Shown here piece after piece: positions 18,601-25,654 of a stretch of 32,000 nt of DNA. Position 1 is the first letter of the stretch. Each line of letters starts with the position of its first letter. The position numbers and the translations under genes were made by a program. Source of the stretch: Microcystis aeruginosa NIES-843 (GTDB lineage: Bacteria; Cyanobacteriota; Cyanobacteriia; Cyanobacteriales; Microcystaceae); the NCBI RefSeq assembly GCF_000010625.1, contig NC_010296.1, forward strand, positions 2,970,001-3,002,000, read 5' to 3'. The notes below the pieces were generated by a model. That model ran no database searches and was not told the DNA's origin. It saw nothing but the letters and a program-made list of their open reading frames with translations.

Positions 18601-19817
18601 AGAACTCTTGCAAATTAATTATATGTTATAATGATGGGTTAACTAATTTTCCCCAAAAAATTAGTTAATCAGTACATTCGTCCTGAATGAAAACTTGAAG
18701 TTTAACTTTTAACTCAAAACTCTTTAGAGCTGCTTTAATTTGGTTATCAAAACCTCTTTATTTAAGCGGCACAAACTATCTCAATTTTTATAATTGAGAA
18801 TAAATTCTCCTTGACTTGATTAATCTTTAGGCAACTTTTAAGAAGCTGCTATACCTATCCCTAACTCACAGTTATAAATAGCCGCCAACAAGTTAACTCT
18901 TAAACTATATCTTCGACGACGATTCCGATATTTACAGGATAAGATTTTAAAGGTTTTGAGTTTCCTATTTATATGTTCAATGATAATCCTTTCTTTGGCT
19001 AAAGCCTTGTTATACTCTTTTTCTAACTCTGTTAATTTTCTATTTTTCGGTTTCTTTTTCGGTGTATAACTATTACTATGGTATGCAGCTATTCCCTGAT
19101 AACCACTGTCTTCTATGCTGGTAGTTAAAGGATGAAAACGAACTCGACTTTTTTTAAATAAACTAAAATCATGACCTCTGCCTTTCCCACAAAAGACACA
19201 GATAATTTCCTCTGTATTTTGATCAGCTACTAATTGGGATTTTAAAGTATGATAACCTCTTTTACCCCAAAAAAAATCTTTCTGTTTCTTTTGGGGGCGT
19301 TCAATGGGAGTTTCCGTTACATCCATTACCGTTACGACCGGTATCTCTGCTTGATTGAGTAAAGCTTTTTTTCCTTTTAAACGGAAGTTTCCCGATTGTA
19401 AAAGCATTTTTTCCGTCTTATTTACAATCCGACATATAGTTGATTCTGATAGTTCCCAGCTTGTACCAATGTGAAAATATGTTCTATATTCTCGCCAATA
19501 TTCTAACGTTACTAAAACTTGTTCTTCTATAGATAGTTTAGGTTTCAGTCCCCTTTTAGATGGTGAATTAGAGTCGGCTTCAACACTTTTTACTGATTCT
19601 ACCATCTTTCTATATGTTTGTTTATACACACCGAAACGGCGTTTGAATTGCTCATCTGATAAGTTTTGATAATCCATAATTTTGCTAATAAACATAGCAA
19701 AATTATAGATGATTTCCTGACCTAAGATCACATTTTATTCTTTTTTCCACTTCAATCTAAGAATTGAGAAAAAAGCAAAACCTTATATTATACCATAAAA
19801 AAATTATGCAAGAGGTC
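18601..19817 (-). mobile_element. IS element, IS5-family / Harbinger-PIF-like (DDE_Tnp_4 type), 1217 bp
   Basis: Termini are AGAACTCTTGCA (18601-12) and TGCAAGAGGTCT (19806-17), an 11/12 inverted repeat. A 3-bp duplication ATT lies at 18598-600 and 19818-20. Contains one transposase ORF. An AT-rich 12-bp-stem hairpin (18639-18668) lies downstream of the ORF, inside the element. Confidence 0.7.
18838..19677 (-). CDS. Transposase, DDE_Tnp_4 (Harbinger/IS5-like) with N-terminal HTH
   Basis: 'LSIEEQVLVTLEYWREYRTYFHIGTSWELSESTICRIV' is an HTH_Tnp_4-like segment. Catalytic candidates are 'VTVMDVTETPIERP', 'LVADQNT' and 'ERIIIEHINRKLKTFKIL'. The likely start is MDYQNL at 19677; the ORF track extends to 19731. 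Confidence 0.8.
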   Translation of the reverse strand: MDYQNLSDEQFKRRFGVYKQTYRKMVESVKSVEADSNSPSKRGLKPKLSIEEQVLVTLEYWREYRTYFHIGTSWELSESTICRIVNKTEKMLLQSGNFRLKGKKALLNQAEIPVVTVMDVTETPIERPQKKQKDFFWGKRGYHTLKSQLVADQNTEEIICVFCGKGRGHDFSLFKKSRVRFHPLTTSIEDSGYQGIAAYHSNSYTPKKKPKNRKLTELEKEYNKALAKERIIIEHINRKLKTFKILSCKYRNRRRRYSLRVNLLAAIYNCELGIGIAAS

Positions 19818-19847
19818 TATTGATTACTAGCCGGTCAACATCTAGAT

Positions 19848-20594
19848 TTATTCTGGCAAATCCCCAAAACGCTCTCGATAGCGTTGGAGCAATGCTTCTA
19901 AATCCTCAGCCCGCATTCTTTCCTGTTGGGCCCGCATTCTTTCTTGTTGGGCCCGCATTCTTTCCTGTTCAGTTAGCTCTGACTCCGTGGGCAGTAAATC
20001 GCCGGCAAAAGTCGCCCAACGCAGCCAAACTGCCTCGACTCCCTTATACTCCCCTTGCCAGCGTACCAAAGTTAACCCTAGCCTTTGACTGAAAAATCTT
20101 TCTCCCGTCTCTAGAGATAATGGCTCGTAGTTGCCGTCTCTGAGGATAAAACCTGCCCAGTCTTCAGGATTAAAGGGATCGTACCAGAAATATTCTGGCA
20201 CTCGCAAACGGTCTTGATAGATGGCTTTCTTTTCGGTTTTATCCTGTGGGGCAGTACTTTCGGAAAGGAGTTCGATAACCACGTCGGGAGCTTTCCCCTC
20301 TTCCCAAACTACCCAACTTTTTCTTTCCCCTTTAGGAACCCCCAGGACAGCAAAGAAATCGGGACCGCGAAAGTCCTCGCTTTTTAACTGTGCGGCACTG
20401 AAATAAACGAACATATTGCCGCCTACATAGCCATCTTCCCTAGCAGCTAACCAGGGTAACAAGGCATCTATGAGTATATCCATCTGGAGTTTATGTCGTT
20501 GGGTTTCCATGGGAACGCCGTCATCGCAGGGCAATTCATCTTGGGTAGGCAGTGAAAGTCGAGAAGGAGCAATAGTTGAAGTCATCGGAGTCAC
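19848..20594 (-). CDS. Uma2 family (DUF820) endonuclease-like protein
   Basis: 'PCDDGVPMETQRHKLQMDILIDAL...GGNMFVYF...PDFFAVLGVP...KSWVVWEEGKAPDVVIELLSEST...DKTEKKAIYQD.LRVPEYFWYDP' matches the conserved Uma2 / PD-(D/E)xK core that is abundant in cyanobacteria. Confidence 0.85.
   Translation of the reverse strand: MTPMTSTIAPSRLSLPTQDELPCDDGVPMETQRHKLQMDILIDALLPWLAAREDGYVGGNMFVYFSAAQLKSEDFRGPDFFAVLGVPKGERKSWVVWEEGKAPDVVIELLSESTAPQDKTEKKAIYQDRLRVPEYFWYDPFNPEDWAGFILRDGNYEPLSLETGERFFSQRLGLTLVRWQGEYKGVEAVWLRWATFAGDLLPTESELTEQERMRAQQERMRAQQERMRAEDLEALLQRYRERFGDLPE
19909..19971. repeat. 21-bp tandem repeat x3 inside the Uma2 3' end
   Basis: The unit GCCCGCATTCTTTC(C/T)TGTTGG occurs at 19909-29 and 19930-50, with a partial third unit at 19951-71. 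On the coding strand it encodes (QERMRAQ)x3. Confidence 0.9.
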
Positions 20595-20651
20595 GCTGGT
20601 GATGAGACTTAAGGAGCTTTTGTATCTAGCATTGGGGAAAACATCTAGCCG

Positions 20652-21044
20652 CTAGAATTGAGACTGGGACAAAATATTATGGTAATTATAGCCTTCTTCT
20701 AGGAAATTAGAGTTTTTTAAGCACATATTATAGGCTTGAGCCGCCTTCAATTTTTGGTACAGCAAAGGACTCTTTTCTCTACAAGACTGTTGTAGTTGCT
20801 GAAACTCGGCTTCACCCTTTTTCAGATAGGCATTGACAAGCTCTCGATTGGCCAGATAGAAAGCGATCGCGCCATAAACCTGTTCGAGGGAAAGGAGTGG
20901 GAAATTTTGGGCAATACTTTCGGGCGATTCTCCGTTCAAGAAAGAATAGACAACTGAATCAAGGGAGATACGAGTTCCTTCGAGCCAATATTCTTCTTCT
21001 CGTTGCTCGATGTACTGCTTTGTTGGGATGGAGGCTAATTTCAT
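20652..21044 (-). CDS. DUF433 domain protein (antitoxin-like HTH)
   Basis: 'GTRISLDSVVYSFLNGESPESIAQNFPLLSLEQVYGAIAFYLANRE' fits the DUF433 pattern (GTRI....V......G.s.eeI...yP.Lt.eqv..Al.Yy). It has a longer-than-usual coiled C-terminal tail. Confidence 0.65.
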   Translation of the reverse strand: MKLASIPTKQYIEQREEEYWLEGTRISLDSVVYSFLNGESPESIAQNFPLLSLEQVYGAIAFYLANRELVNAYLKKGEAEFQQLQQSCREKSPLLYQKLKAAQAYNMCLKNSNFLEEGYNYHNILSQSQF

Positions 21045-21108
21045 AGGAGTAATGTTGCTGTTTAGCTAAAAGGATAAGAAATCCCATTACCGAGTAGGAA
21101 TACCATTG

Positions 21109-21189
21109 CTAGGACTGGGGTATAGATTTTTGGAGATGTCTATTTATTATGATGATATTAGCGTCGAGAACGACGAATTTGAGCCTCAC
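21109..21189 (-). pseudogene. N-terminal remnant of a PIN-domain (VapC-like) toxin
   Basis: The GTG at 21189 overlaps the antitoxin TGA stop, forming GTGA. The translation MRLKFVVLDANIIIINRHLQKSIPQS* begins with the PIN signature (hydrophobic run followed by LDxN[IV][IL]I). It runs into repeat-derived sequence at about 21144 and stops after 26 codons. Confidence 0.45.
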
Positions 21190-21568
21190 TCGTCTAAATC
21201 CTTTCTCTTATTTGTTCTGTCCGCTTCACACATCTGACGAAACTCACGAACAATATCGTCTTCGGAAATTCCCTTTTGACTTAACAGGTACTCAAATTGA
21301 GCGGCCACCGCTTGTAAGGCAGCGATATCGGCGCTTTTACTCCCCTGTTTAACGGGGAAATAGAACCCAACAGTATGACCGTGACGTAGTACCTCAACGG
21401 GAGTCTCACCGTATATGTAAGCTAAACGGCGCTTAACCTGCATGATCCAACAGCTATAACCCTTTTGGAGTCTATATCGGTGATCCGAAGTAAAAGCCGT
21501 TTAGCTTATTTAGGGAGTTCGCTCCGAAATTCTCGCACCCCAATTTTCTCAATGTCATGCTTATCCAT
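21186..21568 (-). pseudogene. Phd/YefM-like antitoxin gene interrupted by an 87-bp MITE
   Basis: The upstream piece has ATG at 21568 and reads MDKHDIEKIGVREFRSELPK, then hits a TAA supplied at the element boundary. The downstream piece is the 85-aa ORF 21186..21443. Removing 21420..21508 gives ...FRSELPKYIYGETPVEVLRHGHTVGFYFPV... in frame (97 aa). That layout is typical of Phd/YefM: 'EFR..L' followed by 'PV.v.RHG..v..l.pv'. Confidence 0.55.
21420..21506. mobile_element. 87-bp MITE (family D) with TA target duplication
   Basis: Perfect 11-bp terminal inverted repeats AGCTAAACGGC (21420-30) and GCCGTTTAGCT (21496-506). Flanked by TA at 21418-19 and 21507-08. Only removal of the element plus one TA (89 bp) restores the host reading frame. 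Confidence 0.65.
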
Positions 21569-21579
21569 AGTCTCTCTCG

Positions 21580-21608
21580 TTGTGTACGCATTGTGTACAC
21601 AGTGTAGC
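21580..21608 (-). promoter_or_regulatory. Candidate operator: phased direct repeats upstream of the antitoxin start
   Basis: On the + strand, TTGTGTAC occurs at 21580-87 and 21591-98 (11-bp phasing). A degenerate third copy, AGTGTAGC, lies at 21601-08. The repeats sit 12-40 bp upstream of the ATG at 21568. Confidence 0.3.
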
Positions 21609-21741
21609 ACTATTTGAGAAAGGATATCAACAAATAGCTTTGCTCATGTTTTACCAGATTAAAAAATTTTTTTAGGTCAATTCTTAAACTTCTGGCGAGT
21701 TTCTTAATCGTCTTTTTGAGCATGGCTAAGACTGTTCAAGT

Positions 21742-22290
21742 TTACTTGAAAGATTGCAATACTTCATTATATAGCTTTAAATACTTAGATGCTTGAATCT
21801 CAAGAGTAAATTCTCGCACTACTTTTTCACGAGCGCAATCGCACAATTTCTGGTATCTTTCACTATCTTCTAATACCCAATGAATTCCTTGAGCTAAGTC
21901 TTCAATATCGTAGGGATGAGCCAGATAACCATTCTCTTGATGTTCGATCATATCAGGCATTCCACCAATTTTAAAAGCAACAGAGGGAGTTCCACAGGCG
22001 AGAGCTTCCATGACTGTGTTAGGAAGATTATCCTCAAGGGAGGGAGCGATGAAAATATCGGCGGCGGCATAGACTAAAGCTAGGGAAATGTCATCATTTA
22101 ATCTGCCTAAATAATGGGTTTTCAGTCCAAAATCAGGCGGATTAACTGGTTCAGAAGCACCGAAGACCACTAACTCTAATTTATGCTGCCATATTTCCCC
22201 CTGACTGAGTTTTTTTATAGCAGGTAGCAGCAGATGAAACCCTTTTCGGTTATCGCTTGTTGCCGTCATAGTGCCGAATAGAAATTGATT
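21742..22290 (-). pseudogene. C-terminal half of a GT4 glycosyltransferase, 5'-truncated at the IS630 boundary
   Basis: The native sequence starts at 'NQFLFGTMTATSDNRKGFHLLLPAIKKL' and includes 'EDNLPNTVMEALACGTPSVAFKIGGMPDMI' (EX7E). The first 16 codons of the track ORF (to 22338) are encoded by the IS630 terminal repeat. The N-terminal Rossmann domain of about 170-190 aa is absent on both sides of the IS. Confidence 0.75.
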
Positions 22291-22361
22291 TATAGCAATT
22301 CTTGGAGCTATGAGGTACAATGGAAAGCAAATAGACAAATAATAGAACTTACCGGCTTCCT

Positions 22362-22748
22362 ATGAGACCCTATTCCGTAGATTTTCGCCAAAAAATTATC
22401 GATGTCTGGAAGAAAGAAAAAATTTCCATTCGAGGACTAGCCCAGAGATTTGACGTGGCTAAAAGCTTTATTCAGAAGTTATTGAAGCAACATAAAGAAA
22501 CAGGAGATATCCGTCCTCGTCCGCAAGGGGGAAGTCCGCCAACCAAGTTAAATAGTGAACAACTGATAATTTTAATAGAAATCATCGAAGCTAACAATGA
22601 TGCAACTCTCGAAGAATTATCGGACTTACTGTATGAAAAGACACAGGTGAAAGTCAGTAGAGCCACCCTGGGGCGGCTTACGCAAAAACTCAATTACAGT
22701 TTCAAAAAAAAACACTACACGCGGCGGAAAAAGAAAGTGACAGGGTAG
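22362..22748 (+). CDS. IS630 transposase, N-terminal HTH part (orfA)
   Basis: 'YSVDFRQKIIDVWKKEKISIRGLAQRFDVAKSFIQKLLKQHKETGDIRPRPQGG' is a paired-like HTH typical of IS630 transposases. Confidence 0.85.
   Translation: MRPYSVDFRQKIIDVWKKEKISIRGLAQRFDVAKSFIQKLLKQHKETGDIRPRPQGGSPPTKLNSEQLIILIEIIEANNDATLEELSDLLYEKTQVKVSRATLGRLTQKLNYSFKKKHYTRRKKKVTG
22704..22712 (+). promoter_or_regulatory. A9 slippery run: site of the -1 frameshift or transcriptional slippage joining orfA and orfB
   Basis: In frame 0, TTC AAA AAA AAA CAC reads FKKKHYTRRKKKVTG*. One extra A in the mRNA, or a -1 ribosomal shift, gives FKKKTLHAAEKESDRVEQKRVEYWSEV..., which continues into orfB. Confidence 0.65.
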
Positions 22749-22759
22749 AGCAAAAAAGA

Positions 22760-23311
22760 GTGGAATACTGGTCAGAAGTTCGGGAAATTGAGGCATCAAA
22801 ACTAATTTTCATCGAGGAATCGGGGGTAAATTTAGCCCTTTTGAGACTCTATGCTAGAGCCTTAATTGGCCGAAGAGCTCGGGGAAGAAAACCACAAAAA
22901 AGAGGGAGAAATATTTCAATAATTAGTGCTATAAGCTTAGAAAAAGTTGTCGCATCAGTCAACATATACGGTGCAGTGGATGCGGTAACATTTGAAGGAT
23001 TTATTCTCAAGGAAGTGCTGCCAAAAATTAAAGAAGGAGACTGTCTGATCATGGATAACGCCAAGATTCATCTCGGAGAAATGGTCAGAGAAATAATCGA
23101 ACAAGAAAAAGCTAGACTCATCTATTTACCTCCTTATTCTCCCGAATTCTCTCCTATTGAAAACTTTTGGTCAAAAGTGAAAGCGACGTTAAGAAAACTG
23201 AAGGCGAGAACTTACAAAGACTTAATAGAAGGGATTGAATTGGCTATGTTAGAAGTTACTCAAAAAGATATTCGCAATTGGTTTACTCACTGTTGCTACT
23301 GTACCTCATAA
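22760..23311 (+). CDS. IS630 transposase, DDE catalytic part (orfB, -1 frame)
   Basis: 'LIMDNAKIH' and 'PPYSPEFSPIENFW' give the second D and the E with 34 residues between them. The first catalytic position reads 'FIEESG' where I expect the canonical DE[ST]. The frame is open upstream back to the A9 run, and the stop lies inside the right terminal repeat. Confidence 0.85.
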   Translation: MEYWSEVREIEASKLIFIEESGVNLALLRLYARALIGRRARGRKPQKRGRNISIISAISLEKVVASVNIYGAVDAVTFEGFILKEVLPKIKEGDCLIMDNAKIHLGEMVREIIEQEKARLIYLPPYSPEFSPIENFWSKVKATLRKLKARTYKDLIEGIELAMLEVTQKDIRNWFTHCCYCTS

Positions 23312-23336
23312 GTCAGAGAATTGCTATAGTTTCCAA

Positions 23337-24539
23337 CTAGGAAACAACTGTTTGGACAATATTCAGAAATTGTTCTGCATAAGTTTGGCATTCTATTTTA
23401 TTGTTGGTTTGCGCTTCTGATTCAGATATTAAATCTGGTCCAGGCATAAGCTTAGTCGTTAATAATTCAAGATGATTGGCAAGCTCTTGTGAAGAATCTG
23501 GTTTAAAAAATATAGCACCAGGAGAATTTTGCTCTTTGTGGACAGAAATATCTGATAATAATATTGTTTTACCTAACACTCGAGCATCTTCTACTACTGT
23601 ACTCCAGCCTTCAAACAATGAAGGCTGAATAACTGCTAACGATCTCCTCATGAGTTGAATCTGATCCCAACGGGGAATTAATCCAAGAATTATAAATTGA
23701 TCGCTTAAACAGTTTTTTTCAATTGAATTTTTTATTTCTTCTCCATACTTAGGAAATCGGCTATCATAAAGTTTACCAGTACACACAACTACGGGCTTGA
23801 CATTTGTTCTTTTCAATAAGATAAGTGCTTCTATGATAAGCTTATGATTTTTGTGTATCCAAAATTGATTGCTAACCAAAAAGAACTTGTTTGGAAGATT
23901 ATATTTTTCCTGAACTAATGTTGGAGCTAAATGATTGTCAAACCAGTCTTGATTGGGTATCGTTCTAAAACTTAATACAAATTTTTGAGCTTTAGATTCA
24001 GGGTAAAAAGCAGCAAAATCGCTCAAAGCACTTTTACTGCTAAAGACTATATTTAACGAATTGTTAGATAAATATTTAAATGCCTTATCACGGCTTTTTA
24101 TTTCTTTGGTAGAAAAATATGAGGGTAGATATTTATGTTGAAAATCTGGAATCCAAGTTGACCAACCGCAATTAAAATCCCAGGAAATACCCCAATTTAT
24201 TGGAACAGGATATACAAAGTCTATTTCTTTACTTTCTAAAAGTTTTATCAACCTTGTATCCTTTAGCCAAGTAGAACTTTGACCAACTTTCCATAATAAT
24301 CGATTCAAAAAAGAAGGCTTTATACAATTAGTTATGTATATTTGTTCCACTAGATTTTCCAGTTCTTCATAATAGCTTTTTTTGAGATTAGAACCAATAA
24401 ATAAATATAGCTTAATATGCTCCCTTTTATTGGCAGGTAACTCGGCAATAGATTTGACAAGATTTTTAATATAAATAATCCCCCCCATCCAGTTATCATC
24501 AGCTTGCATCAGAATACCAATATTTAAGGTTTTTATCAT
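23337..24539 (-). CDS. Glycosyltransferase, group 1 (GT-B)
   Basis: The C-terminal domain 'LVSNQFWIHKNHKLIIEALILL...VVCTG...PSLFEGWSTVVEDARVLGKTILLSD' contains EX7E. The likely start at 24539 forms an ATGA overlap with the upstream epimerase stop. The track ORF extends to 24563. Confidence 0.8.
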   Translation of the reverse strand: MIKTLNIGILMQADDNWMGGIIYIKNLVKSIAELPANKREHIKLYLFIGSNLKKSYYEELENLVEQIYITNCIKPSFLNRLLWKVGQSSTWLKDTRLIKLLESKEIDFVYPVPINWGISWDFNCGWSTWIPDFQHKYLPSYFSTKEIKSRDKAFKYLSNNSLNIVFSSKSALSDFAAFYPESKAQKFVLSFRTIPNQDWFDNHLAPTLVQEKYNLPNKFFLVSNQFWIHKNHKLIIEALILLKRTNVKPVVVCTGKLYDSRFPKYGEEIKNSIEKNCLSDQFIILGLIPRWDQIQLMRRSLAVIQPSLFEGWSTVVEDARVLGKTILLSDISVHKEQNSPGAIFFKPDSSQELANHLELLTTKLMPGPDLISESEAQTNNKIECQTYAEQFLNIVQTVVS

Positions 24540-25456
24540 CCCATTAGCTCCGCACGACACCATTGAGTATAGACACTGATTCCTCTATCAAGAGTTACTT
24601 CAGGAAGAAACCCAAGTTTTTTGAGACAATTTATATCCGCTTTCCAGTTTAAGGGATTGCCAATAGGTATTGTACCTTCAAAATGTACAGGAATATCGAG
24701 TTTCAACTGTTCTAGTATCAAGTTAACTAACTCCTTAATAGAGGTTTCTGTTCCACTTGCCAAATTATAAACATCGGCGTGACAAGGAGCTTTCTCTGTT
24801 AAGAGGTAGAGAGCTTTGGCTATATCTCGACTATGGATAAAATCACGACTTTCATTACCCGTTCCCTGTAGATTGAGAACGGGGTTTGTCAGAGCCTTAT
24901 GACAGATATCCCAGATAACTTGTCGCCTCAATCCCGGACCATAGGCAGAAAAGATGCGTACTGTAGCTGTTAGTAAACCATAAACTTGGAAAAACTCCCG
25001 GCAAAGTTGTTCACAGATTAGCTTATGGTAGCCATAGGGTGAAATAGGATTGAGGGAATGACTTTCATTAACGGGTAAAGTTTTGTGATTACCATAAACA
25101 GCAGCACTAGAAAGATAAATAACTCGGCATTGAGGTGCATGAAGGCGAAGTGCATCTAATAAGTTGAAAGTAACAACTACTCCATCGGTAAAATCTGCTT
25201 TTGGTTCACTTACTGAAAGAGGAACTGATGCCCTTGCAGCACAATGGATACAGACCTGTGGCTGTAGTTGTTCGATGAGTATGGCTAAATCAGGGGAAGG
25301 TAGAGTGAGTTGATGATAACGCAAGAGATCTTGAGTTGGCGCGTTTTCTGGAGGACGGGTTCCCAAACCGACAACAGACCACCCAGCTTGGGCGAATTCG
25401 CGAGCTATATACCGCCCAATAAATCCTGTAACACCAGTAATTAGAACAGTTTTCAA
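24536..25456 (-). CDS. NAD-dependent sugar epimerase/dehydratase (extended SDR, UDP-glucose 4-epimerase-like)
   Basis: 'VLITGVTGFIGRYIA' (GxxGxxG), 'SSAAVYG' and the catalytic 'YGYHKLICE' (YxxxK). Confidence 0.85.
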   Translation of the reverse strand: MKTVLITGVTGFIGRYIAREFAQAGWSVVGLGTRPPENAPTQDLLRYHQLTLPSPDLAILIEQLQPQVCIHCAARASVPLSVSEPKADFTDGVVVTFNLLDALRLHAPQCRVIYLSSAAVYGNHKTLPVNESHSLNPISPYGYHKLICEQLCREFFQVYGLLTATVRIFSAYGPGLRRQVIWDICHKALTNPVLNLQGTGNESRDFIHSRDIAKALYLLTEKAPCHADVYNLASGTETSIKELVNLILEQLKLDIPVHFEGTIPIGNPLNWKADINCLKKLGFLPEVTLDRGISVYTQWCRAELMG

Positions 25457-25654
25457 GACATTAATCCTAGAGTTTAGTTGGTGATAACTAATAGTATTTA
25501 CAGGTATCTGCTATTTCTCTGAATATCGATTCAATGACTAGAGGATATGTTTCTAAACATTTACTCCAACAACTATTCTAGAAAAAGTAGCGACAATTGC
25601 AGGAAAAAGCATTAACCTATGCGGCAAATTATAAAAATATGTGTTATTCAAATA

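Larger units (their letters stand above)
22293..23326 (+). mobile_element. IS630-family insertion sequence (1034 bp)
   Basis: Imperfect terminal inverted repeats of about 30 bp. Left: TAGCAATTCTTGGAGCTATGAGGTACA. Right (reverse complement): TAGCAATTCTCTGACTTATGAGGTACA. Flanked by TA at 22291-92 and 23327-28, as expected for IS630/Tc1-mariner. The transposase is split into two frames. Confidence 0.85.

Noticed and set aside
4531-19971. Possibility that the short tandem repeats (4531-4615, 6492-6522, 18082-18113, 19909-19971, 28155-28182) are CRISPR arrays
   Set aside because: The units are 7-21 bp and directly abut each other with no unique spacers. No cas genes are present. They are microsatellite or minisatellite repeats.
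19820-20655. Track ORFs 19820..20092, 20221..20406 and 20470..20655 (+)
   Set aside because: All are antisense to the well-supported Uma2 gene. The first owes its length to the 21-bp repeat.
21149-21352. 67-aa ORF (+) opposite the antitoxin
   Set aside because: It is antisense to an ORF with a recognisable antitoxin motif and operon context. It has no motif of its own.
21610-21723. 38-codon minus-strand ORF (MLKKTIKKLARSLRIDLKKFFNLVKHEQSYLLISFLK) between the GT fragment and the antitoxin promoter
   Set aside because: It is too short and AT-rich to distinguish from chance. It has no obvious RBS and no family resemblance that I can support. It could be a gene remnant, but I cannot support that.
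22472-23064. Antisense ORFs 22472..22693 and 22849..23064 in the IS630 element
   Set aside because: They lie opposite the transposase frames and have no supporting features.
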